Shown here: positions 37,582-44,920 of the stretch, piece after piece
Layout of the letters: each line of letters starts with the position of its first letter
How positions within the stretch are numbered: position 1 is the stretch's first letter
NCBI GenBank assembly: GCA_036279755.1
Contig: DASUIO010000324.1
Location: forward strand, 1 to 44,920
Direction of reading: 5' to 3'
Source: Polaromonas sp.
GTDB lineage: Bacteria > Pseudomonadota > Gammaproteobacteria > Burkholderiales > Burkholderiaceae_C
DNA: 44,920 nt
Program-made: the position numbers and the translations under genes
Notes under the pieces: generated by a model
Database searches by the model: none
What the model was told of the DNA's origin: nothing
What the model saw: only the letters and a program-made list of their open reading frames with translations

Positions 37582-39312
37582 TCAGTTGGCAGACTGGATG
37601 CGAACCATGGAGGCATACATGCCGTCCAGGGCCAGTAGTTCTGCATGGGTGCCTTGTTCGACGATCCGTCCTTCGGACATGACGCAGATGACATCGGCGT
37701 TGCGGATGGTGCTGAGTCGATGCGCGATCAGGATCAGGGTTTTAGCGTGACGGAGGTCTTCGATCGAGCGCTGGACGACGGCTTCGGATTCGGAGTCGAG
37801 TGCCGAGGTTGCTTCGTCAAAGATCCACACCGCTGCATCGCGGTACAGCGCACGCGCAATGGCCAGGCGTTGACGCTGGCCGCCTGACAATTTGGCGCCG
37901 TTTGTTCCGATGTCGGCGTCCATGCCGTCCGGAAGTGTGCTGACATGGTTCCACAAGTTGGCAGCGCGTAAACACTGCTCGACCTTGTCGCGGTCAATTC
38001 CGTGGGGGCTGGCGTAGGCGACGTTCTGTGCAATGGATCCTTCGAACAGAATGATGTCTTGCGATACCACCGCGAAGTGCTTGCGCAGGCTGGCCAGTTT
38101 CAGATCTTCAATGGGAACGCCATCGAGTCGAATGACGCCCGAGTGAACCGGGGCAAAACGCAAGAGGGTGTTGACAACGGTGGTTTTGCCTGCACCTGAT
38201 GAGCCAACCAGCGCAATGGTTTTGCCTGGGGCGATGTGCAGGTTGAAGTTCTGAAGGGAGGGTTGGGCGGCACCTTCATACTGAACGACGACGTTGTCGA
38301 ATTCGATTTCGCCGCGACTGCTGGCCATCTCGAGAGTGCCGTTGTCAGGCTCGGGTGGCGTGTCCATCAGTTCAAAGGAGCCGCGTGCTGAAAACAGCGA
38401 GTTTGCGATTGGCTGATAGATGTCCGTCAGGTGCCGCATGGGCGAGATCGTCATCAGCAGCGCGGTCACGAACGAGACGAATTCGCCCACAGTGGAAGCG
38501 CCCTTGCTGGCTTGCCAAAGCGCCAGCGTGATGATGATGGACACACCGATGGCGGCGACCACTTGACTGGCAGGGGTGACCAGCGAGCTGGTGGCAATCT
38601 GCTTCATCGTCATGCGCCGGTGAACGTCGGCTTCAGCGTCGAAACGCTGGAGTTCAAACGACGCGGCATCGAATGTTCTGACGACCCGCCATGCGCGAGC
38701 ATTGTCATCAACCGTGTTGATCAGGCGCTGTTGTGACTGGTACTGGGCCTCACCCACGCGGTTGAGTCGTCGCTGGACCAACTTCAAGGTGACGCCAAGC
38801 AAAGGCATCGAGACGAACGAAATGAGTGTGAGTTGCCAGTTCAGGTAGACCAGGTAGCCCACGAGAAATAGCAGCGTGGTGGCATCCTTGATGATCGAAA
38901 TCAGCGCGTTACCCATGGTTTGAGATGCACCTTGGGGGTCGCTGATGACTTTGGTGACCGCGATGCCTGGGCTCAGTTCGGTAAACAGCTTGGCGTCAGC
39001 ACGCAGCAGGGCTCGCATCAGATCTCGGCGGAGATCGCGCACGATGGAGGTGATGGCCGATGTCATCACGTAGGTACCGGAGAAGTTCAGCGTGCCTCGA
39101 GCCAGAAACAGGCCGATGATGACGACCGGCACTATCCAGATGGGATATTTGAGGCCTTCTTTGAAGCCCGAGTCGATCAGCCCTTTGAACAGCGCTGGAA
39201 TGATGGGTTCAACGGCGGCGCCAGCCGTAAAGAACGCTAATGCCGCAGCCAGCCGGCGCCAGTGTGGCTTGGCATAGGTCAGTAGGCGTTGGACGGTTTC
39301 TTTCAGTTCCAT
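37582..39312 (-). CDS. msbA: Lipid A/core ABC exporter MsbA-like
   Basis: TM domain plus GSSGAGKT, VSQD, LSGGQRQR, DEATSALD, AHRLST; ATG 39312. Confidence 0.85.
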   Translation of the reverse strand: MELKETVQRLLTYAKPHWRRLAAALAFFTAGAAVEPIIPALFKGLIDSGFKEGLKYPIWIVPVVIIGLFLARGTLNFSGTYVMTSAITSIVRDLRRDLMRALLRADAKLFTELSPGIAVTKVISDPQGASQTMGNALISIIKDATTLLFLVGYLVYLNWQLTLISFVSMPLLGVTLKLVQRRLNRVGEAQYQSQQRLINTVDDNARAWRVVRTFDAASFELQRFDAEADVHRRMTMKQIATSSLVTPASQVVAAIGVSIIITLALWQASKGASTVGEFVSFVTALLMTISPMRHLTDIYQPIANSLFSARGSFELMDTPPEPDNGTLEMASSRGEIEFDNVVVQYEGAAQPSLQNFNLHIAPGKTIALVGSSGAGKTTVVNTLLRFAPVHSGVIRLDGVPIEDLKLASLRKHFAVVSQDIILFEGSIAQNVAYASPHGIDRDKVEQCLRAANLWNHVSTLPDGMDADIGTNGAKLSGGQRQRLAIARALYRDAAVWIFDEATSALDSESEAVVQRSIEDLRHAKTLILIAHRLSTIRNADVICVMSEGRIVEQGTHAELLALDGMYASMVRIQSAN

Positions 39313-39320
39313 GCTGTCTG

Positions 39321-40346
39321 TTAAGCAGAGGCCGCGCCAGCCATGGCGCCGCGAATGAGATCCAGAACACGCTGGACACTGATGTCGGAGAGTTTCTCCG
39401 CGCGCACGTTTTGCATCAGGGGGTCCTGATCCAGTGTGGGACGCGAGCCGATCAATACAAAACTGGGGCGGCCAACAGCCGCCGCCACGTTGACCATGCC
39501 CGTGTCGTTGCCGATGCACATGTCAGACACGCGCAGGGCTGCTGCACTGCCCAGAACCGGGGCGTCGGTGACAATGGCCAGGCTGGGTTTGGCGGCTGTT
39601 GGGATCAAGGCTTCGATGTCTTTGGCGATCTGGACCTCAGCAGGTCCCCCCAACAGAATCACCCCTGCGCCCTGTTCGATCAGTCGCGTGGCCAGCTGGG
39701 CGAAGCGCTCCACTCCCCACTGCTTGTGGGTTTCGCTGGTGCCGATGGCCAGGGCGTATAGCGGACGAGGCAAGTGCGCCAGGCGCTCTTGCATGATCGC
39801 GATCTGGTCAGCTGGGGGCTCAAGACGAGGCACGACGGGCGCTGGGCAAAAGCCGTGCGCGACGACAAATGCGCTGGCTTCAGGGTAGACCGCCAGTGAT
39901 TGCCCCTTGTAGGCCTCGATATAGGGCCCCTTGTTGAGGAACATGCGCTGCAAGGGGTTGTAGCCAAAGCCCATGCGAACGGGAATGCCGCTGAGGGCTG
40001 CAATCAGGCCGCGACTCGGGCGCCCCGAAAACAGCACGATGCGATCGAACCGACCTTGCTTGAGCTGCTGGGCCATGCGCCACATGCCGCGCAAGCCAGC
40101 ATGCTCACCCTTACGCTTGTCCGTCCGTCGTGGTCGATGGTCGTGGTCAATGACGGCTTCGACCCAGGGCTCCTTGCCAATGAATGCCCGCGTCAGGGTG
40201 GACGGCTGAGCGACCACGGTCACCTTGCCGCCTTGGCTTTGTTCGGCAATGGCTTTGAAGTACTGGATGTGCCAGACCAGGTCGCCAATGCCGCTGTACT
40301 GCAGCAGGACCACCGTGCGAGGCCGCGAATCTTGGGGAACAGACAT
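39321..40346 (-). CDS. Glycosyltransferase family 9 (heptosyltransferase-like)
   Basis: GIGDL, KQW, LGGP.E, GNDTG; adjacent to ADP-heptose genes. Confidence 0.88.
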   Translation of the reverse strand: MSVPQDSRPRTVVLLQYSGIGDLVWHIQYFKAIAEQSQGGKVTVVAQPSTLTRAFIGKEPWVEAVIDHDHRPRRTDKRKGEHAGLRGMWRMAQQLKQGRFDRIVLFSGRPSRGLIAALSGIPVRMGFGYNPLQRMFLNKGPYIEAYKGQSLAVYPEASAFVVAHGFCPAPVVPRLEPPADQIAIMQERLAHLPRPLYALAIGTSETHKQWGVERFAQLATRLIEQGAGVILLGGPAEVQIAKDIEALIPTAAKPSLAIVTDAPVLGSAAALRVSDMCIGNDTGMVNVAAAVGRPSFVLIGSRPTLDQDPLMQNVRAEKLSDISVQRVLDLIRGAMAGAASA

Positions 40347-40396
40347 GGAGCGAATTGGGTGCGGGAGAGCAAACTAGTATTTTGCCTTGCCTTCTT

Positions 40397-40471
40397 GAGT
40401 CATCTGGTGGGGGGCGCCTGACTCGATGGTATTTTTTGGTGGGTTTAGTTTTGGGGCGGGAGGCTAAACCC
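40397..40471. repeat. Two short inverted repeats in the divergent intergenic region
   Basis: GAGTCA/TGACTC (40397-40424) and GGGTTTAG/CTAAACCC (40441-40471). Confidence 0.5.
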
Positions 40472-40538
40472 CTGGGTAGGGGGGAGGGGCGCAGATAAGG
40501 CGGATAATCGAAAGTTTCGCATCTTGTGTTTCTCTCGT

Positions 40539-41108
40539 ATGAGCGACTTATTCCGAAAAAATGTCTCCGAACAGATCGCTTTGCTGCAGGTGCTGCATAC
40601 CTTGGCGGACGAGGTGAATCAGGCGGGTCGATTGGCTGCTCAAACCCTGCAGGCCGGCGGCAAGATCCTGTTCTGCGGCAATGGTGGGTCGGCGGCAGAC
40701 AGTCAACACCTGGCAGCAGAGTTGACCGGGCGCTTCATCAAAGACCGTCGGCCCCTGGCGGCGATGGCCTTGTCCACCGACTCCTCGGCGCTGACCTGCA
40801 TTGGCAATGACTACGCTTTTGACGAGGTGTTTGCTCGCCAAGTGCAAGGGTTGGCTCGCGCGGGAGACTTGTTGATTGGTATTTCCACATCGGGAAATTC
40901 TCGGAATGTCATTCGGGCCGTGGAAGAAGCCAAGGCTGCCGGAGTGCGCGTTGTGGGCTTCCTGGGGCGAGATGGTGGCGCGTTGCGCGCCATGTGCGAC
41001 GTGGCCATTGTCGTGCCCAGTCAAGTGACCGCGCGGATTCAGGAATCTCACATCCTCATCGGGCACACCCTGTGTGGCCTCATTGAAGAGCACATGGGTC
41101 TGGCTTGA
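40539..41108 (+). CDS. gmhA: Sedoheptulose-7-phosphate isomerase
   Basis: CGNGGSAADSQH.AAE, NDY, STSGNS, RIQESH. Confidence 0.96.
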   Translation: MSDLFRKNVSEQIALLQVLHTLADEVNQAGRLAAQTLQAGGKILFCGNGGSAADSQHLAAELTGRFIKDRRPLAAMALSTDSSALTCIGNDYAFDEVFARQVQGLARAGDLLIGISTSGNSRNVIRAVEEAKAAGVRVVGFLGRDGGALRAMCDVAIVVPSQVTARIQESHILIGHTLCGLIEEHMGLA

Positions 41109-41118
41109 AAGGCGGGGC

Positions 41119-42060
41119 ATGCAAATGAATTTGAAACCCGCCCGTGAGGCGGTCGCGCGTTGTCGCGTGCTTGTCGTGGGCGACGTCATGCTGGATCGCT
41201 ACTGGTTTGGCGCGGTTGAGCGAATTTCTCCTGAAGCGCCGGTTCCGGTGGTGCGTGTGGCGTCCGAGCAGGAACGCGTGGGCGGTGCCGCCAACGTGGC
41301 GCTGAATGTCAAAACTGTGGGCGGCGCGGTCACCCTGCTGAGCATGGTGGGGCAAGACGAACCGGCTACGCGCTTGCGCCAGTTGCTGGAGCAACATGGC
41401 GTGAACACCGTGCTGGGGCAGGATCCCGGTATGCAGACCATCGTGAAGCTGCGGGTGATCGGGCGCAATCAGCAGTTGCTGCGTGTCGATTTCGAGCGTG
41501 AGCCAGACCACGAAATCCTGGCGCAGATGCTGGGTGACTACGAAAAAGCTTTGGGCGAGCACGATGTGGTGCTGTTCTCTGACTATGGCAAAGGCGGCTT
41601 GGCGCACATTCCGCGCATGATCGAGATGGCGCGCGCAGCGGGCAAGCCTGTTCTGGTTGACCCCAAGGGCAGCGACTACGCCCGTTATGCCGGAGCCACA
41701 GTGATCACGCCCAACCGAGCCGAGCTGATGCAGGTGATTGGCTCGTGGCAGGACGAAGCAGACTTGGTGCGCAAAGCCGAGGCCCTGCGCGTGAAACTGA
41801 ACCTGCAAGCGCTGCTGTTGACGCGGTCTGAAGAGGGCATGACGCTGTTCGAGCAAGGCCGCGTGTCGAACGTGCATGCGCAGGCTCGCGAAGTGGCCGA
41901 TGTGACCGGCGCAGGTGACACCGTGATCGCCACCATGGCTTTGATGCTCGCCTGTGGTCTGACCCTGGCCCAGGCCATGGAGCATGCCAACCGTGCAGGG
42001 GGCTTGGTCGTGGCGAAGTTTGGTACCGCCACCTTGACCTATGAGGAGCTGTTCGCGTGA
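41119..42060 (+). CDS. hldA: D-glycero-manno-heptose-7-phosphate kinase (stand-alone RfaE domain I)
   Basis: GDVMLDRYW.G...RISPEAPVPV, GGAANVA, SDYGKG, DVTGAGD. Confidence 0.95.
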   Translation: MQMNLKPAREAVARCRVLVVGDVMLDRYWFGAVERISPEAPVPVVRVASEQERVGGAANVALNVKTVGGAVTLLSMVGQDEPATRLRQLLEQHGVNTVLGQDPGMQTIVKLRVIGRNQQLLRVDFEREPDHEILAQMLGDYEKALGEHDVVLFSDYGKGGLAHIPRMIEMARAAGKPVLVDPKGSDYARYAGATVITPNRAELMQVIGSWQDEADLVRKAEALRVKLNLQALLLTRSEEGMTLFEQGRVSNVHAQAREVADVTGAGDTVIATMALMLACGLTLAQAMEHANRAGGLVVAKFGTATLTYEELFA

Positions 42061-43103
42061 GTCAGCCCGGTTTGTTTGACAAGATTTGCGCGCGAGTCGA
42101 TCTGCCTGCGCGCATGGCCGAGCTGCCGCGCCCCATTGTGTTCACCAACGGGGTATTTGATGTGCTGCACCGTGGTCATGTGAACTATCTGCACGAAGCG
42201 CGTGCGTTGGGTGGTTCTTTGGTTGTGGCGGTCAACTCCGATGCGTCGGCGCGAATGTTGGGTAAGGGGCCAGACCGTCCGCTGAACAGGGACGAAGACC
42301 GCGCCGTGGTGCTGGCCGGTTTGGCCTCTGTATCGCTGGTGACCTTCTTCGACGAGAAGACGCCGGTCGAGCTGATCAAGGAGGCTCGTCCGGACATCTA
42401 TGTCAAAGGGGGCGACTACGACATGGAGACGCTGGAAGAGACCCGTGTGGTGCGCAGCTGGGGGGGGCAATCGATAGCCATTCCCTTTGTGGACGGGTTC
42501 TCGACCACCTCACTGGTCAAGCGCATTCGCGCGGGGGCGCCCGCGCCGGCATTACGCAAGGCGGCTTTTCTGGACCGCGACGGTGTGATCAACCTGGATC
42601 GCGCCTATGTGCACAAGTGGGAAGAGTTCGAGTTTGTGCCGGGTGCGGTTGATGCGATGCGCCGCCTCAAGCAGGCCGGCTACGCCCTGGTCGTGGTGAC
42701 CAACCAGTCTGGCCTGGCGCGCGGGATGTACACCGAGGAGCAATACCAGACCCTGACCGCGCACATGCGCCAAGCCCTGGCCGAGGCCGGCGCCGAGGTC
42801 GATGCGGTGTATCACTGTCCTCATCACCCCAAAGGCAAGGTGCCTCAATTGGCCGTGGAGTGCGATTGCCGCAAACCAGCGCCCGGCATGATTTTGCGGG
42901 CCGCCCGTGATTTAGGCCTGTCGCTGGCAGATTCGATTTTGGTGGGCGATAAGTCGTCGGATATCGAAGCGGCCAGAGCAGCCGGGGTCGGCCGTGCATT
43001 CATGGTGCACTCGGATAACGAGGAGTCTACCGGTGATAAGGGCGGGGCTGATGCGATCTACCCGGACTTGATTTCCTGTGTAGAAGATCTGTTTGCGCAG
43101 TGA
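42057..43103 (+). CDS. Fusion: heptose-1-phosphate adenylyltransferase (HldC/RfaE2) + heptose-1,7-bisphosphate phosphatase (GmhB)
   Basis: N-half FTNGVFDVLHRGH, KGGDY, STT; linker AGAPAPA; C-half FLDRDGVIN, TNQSG, CPHHP..CDCRKP, VGDK..D. Confidence 0.93.
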   Translation: MSQPGLFDKICARVDLPARMAELPRPIVFTNGVFDVLHRGHVNYLHEARALGGSLVVAVNSDASARMLGKGPDRPLNRDEDRAVVLAGLASVSLVTFFDEKTPVELIKEARPDIYVKGGDYDMETLEETRVVRSWGGQSIAIPFVDGFSTTSLVKRIRAGAPAPALRKAAFLDRDGVINLDRAYVHKWEEFEFVPGAVDAMRRLKQAGYALVVVTNQSGLARGMYTEEQYQTLTAHMRQALAEAGAEVDAVYHCPHHPKGKVPQLAVECDCRKPAPGMILRAARDLGLSLADSILVGDKSSDIEAARAAGVGRAFMVHSDNEESTGDKGGADAIYPDLISCVEDLFAQ

Positions 43104-43206
43104 AAGACGATATTAATGTGTATGCAAATTGACGGCGCTATCGCTTTGGGTTCGGGAGACTGATCCAGCATAAAGATGCGCGGTCACTGTTTTTTTTGAA
43201 AATATT

Positions 43207-44436
43207 ATGAATAGTTGTGTCGAAGAAATCATGCCAGGGTTGTCGATTGTGAATACGCCATTTGGGTGTGTGACCTTTTTTACAAAGGATGACCCCATTG
43301 GTAAATCACTTGCGAAATATGGCGAATGGGCAGGCAATGAATTGAATTTCTTGCGAAATATGATCTCGCCTGGCGACGTCGTGGTTGACGTGGGGGCCAA
43401 CGTTGGGACGCACACGCTCGCATTCTCCCGATTTGTCGGGGAACTCGGTTCTGTCTACGCATTTGAGCCTCAGCCTGCTGTCTTTGACGTCTTGCAAAAA
43501 AATGTTGCCTACAACGACCTGAGAAATGTGAAGGCATTTCATGCAGGAGTTGGCAAAAATGAATGCGAGTTGCATTGCGAGTCAGTGCAGGCCGAGAGGC
43601 TGTCCAATATTGGCGCGGCCAAGCTGGAAAAGGAGAAGAAAGACGGGATGGTGAGCGTGAAGGTGCTCCCCCTGGACGACATCTCGATGTCCCGATGCGA
43701 TCTTGTCAAAATCGATGCAGAGGGCATGGAGTCTGAGGTGCTGGCGGGGATGTCTGGTGTGATCTCCAAATATCGTCCAACACTGTTCGTTGAATGCAAT
43801 TCAATGGATTCGGGTGTTGCGACCATCTTGGATCTGAAACCTTTTGGTTACGCCTTCTATCTGGTGGCCGCTGCTGCATTCAACCCTGCCAATTTCAAGG
43901 CGAATCAAGAAAATTTCTTCGGTTTTGCGCGAGAAAGCAGCATTTTGTGCGTGCCGGCCGAAAAGAAGTTGAATATTCCTGAATCAAGTGAAACGTTGTC
44001 GGTGGTCCGCGTCGACGACTTTGATGTGCTCGCGGCTGCATATTTGGCGGTGCCACGTTACGGTGATGCGAGTGAATTGGAAAGAAACCCGGCCGGTCTG
44101 CGAAAAATGATGGATTCTCTTGTGTCTCAGAGAGACTCTGAGATCGAGCGACTGGGAGGAGTTTTACGCCAGAAGGATGATGAAATTAATGGCCTGATGG
44201 GTCAAATCCGGCGACTCGAGTTCCGCTCCAGATCGTTGGATCATCAGCTTGATTTGGCTCTGAGTAAGCTGAAAAACAATGAATCACGACAGATTGACGT
44301 GATTCGCGCCAGACCCAGTGACGTCGACGTGACCATTAAAAATGCCCTCAAGACTTTGAGAAAAGGCCTCAGCCTTTTGTCCGCTTCGGCTGTACGAGAT
44401 CCAATTCGGCGTCTTCGCGGGCGCGCAAACGGTTGA
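43207..44436 (+). CDS. FkbM-family methyltransferase with C-terminal coiled coil
   Basis: YGEW, VDVGANVG.HT, AFEPQ, KIDAEG.E, RP.LFVE; heptad-like C-terminal region. Confidence 0.9.
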   Translation: MNSCVEEIMPGLSIVNTPFGCVTFFTKDDPIGKSLAKYGEWAGNELNFLRNMISPGDVVVDVGANVGTHTLAFSRFVGELGSVYAFEPQPAVFDVLQKNVAYNDLRNVKAFHAGVGKNECELHCESVQAERLSNIGAAKLEKEKKDGMVSVKVLPLDDISMSRCDLVKIDAEGMESEVLAGMSGVISKYRPTLFVECNSMDSGVATILDLKPFGYAFYLVAAAAFNPANFKANQENFFGFARESSILCVPAEKKLNIPESSETLSVVRVDDFDVLAAAYLAVPRYGDASELERNPAGLRKMMDSLVSQRDSEIERLGGVLRQKDDEINGLMGQIRRLEFRSRSLDHQLDLALSKLKNNESRQIDVIRARPSDVDVTIKNALKTLRKGLSLLSASAVRDPIRRLRGRANG

Positions 44437-44464
44437 AAAGGCATTGGCTGAGTTCGGGTTGTCT

Positions 44465-44920
44465 ATGATGGAAAAAAAATTACCAGTTTTTGGGGGGGCG
44501 AAGCCCAAGGCACCGACTGCTTCTGAGTGGGAGGCGCTGGCTGCTCGGATCAAAAGACCACTGACCGCCCCGGTTGTCGATGTTCTAGTTCCGGTTTACG
44601 GTGGCTTTGCGGAAACCATGCGCTGCATATACAGCGTTTTGGATTGCGAACAGAAGACCTCATTCAACCTCTTGGTGGTGAATGACTGCAGTCCTGATCC
44701 GGAGATTTGTGGTGAACTCAGACGGCTGAGTTCTGCCGGTTTGATTGAATTGCATGAACTCCCAGAAAATCTGGGCTTCGTGGGGGCTTGCAACTTTGGG
44801 ATGGGATTGCACCGGGATCGAGACGTTTTGCTCCTGAATTCCGATACAGAGGTTTACAGCGACTGGCTTGATCGAATCCGGCGTGCTGCCTACAGAAATG
44901 GACGAACGGGCACCGTTACG
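44465..44920 (+). CDS. Glycosyltransferase family 2, 3' truncated by window edge
   Basis: Not in the ORF track; manual translation gives VDVLVPVYGG, VVNDCSPD, NLGFVGACN, LLNSDTEV..DWLDR. Confidence 0.88.
   Translation, partial: MMEKKLPVFGGAKPKAPTASEWEALAARIKRPLTAPVVDVLVPVYGGFAETMRCIYSVLDCEQKTSFNLLVVNDCSPDPEICGELRRLSSAGLIELHELPENLGFVGACNFGMGLHRDRDVLLLNSDTEVYSDWLDRIRRAAYRNGRTGTVT

Noticed and set aside
39313-39519. N-terminal extension of msbA in the ORF track (likewise coaE, neuB, deacetylase, amidotransferase)
   Set aside because: Extensions overlap upstream genes; downstream starts fit the RBS/coupling pattern and family N-termini
44360-44464. Possible frameshifted FkbM-GT2 single gene (GT2 frame is open back to 44360)
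   Set aside because: FkbM ends in a natural-looking basic tail and the GT2 has its own ATG; no clear slippage site, though read checking would settle it
1-44920. tRNA, rRNA, CRISPR array, transposase, integrase or defence genes
   Set aside because: None recognisable; nearly all sequence is explained by the listed CDSs and no spaced direct-repeat array was seen by eye

Overview
GC-rich Betaproteobacterial (Burkholderiales-like; inferred from pilBCD-coaE-zapD-yacG synteny and split hldA/hldC genes) surface-glycan region. In order: (i) the 3' end of an SLBB polysaccharide-export gene, then an inverted 5-gene cassette (GT2, two SAM methyltransferases, deacetylase, WecG/TagA GT); (ii) a Wzx/Wzy-type operon with a Wzz/GNVR protein, Neisseria/Campylobacter-type sialic acid genes (neuA, neuB, neuC), a methyltransferase plus WbuX/Z/Y-type acetamidino-forming trio, a Cst-II/Maf-like candidate sialyltransferase, an O-acetyltransferase and two more methyltransferases; (iii) a convergent wecA-like initiator with two GT4 genes; (iv) the conserved pilB-pilC-pilD-coaE-zapD-yacG block; (v) a methyltransferase-GT-acyltransferase trio, a DUF6311-like GT-C protein, a DUF5672-like protein and a GT2-GT4 fusion; (vi) a complete ADP-heptose pathway with an unusual HldC-GmhB fusion, msbA and GT9; (vii) an FkbM/coiled-coil protein and a partial GT2. 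The best candidate for a new system is an acetamidino (possibly N-methylated) sialic acid pathway. No rRNA, tRNA, CRISPR array or transposase was seen. All family calls are from motif recognition by eye, not database searches.
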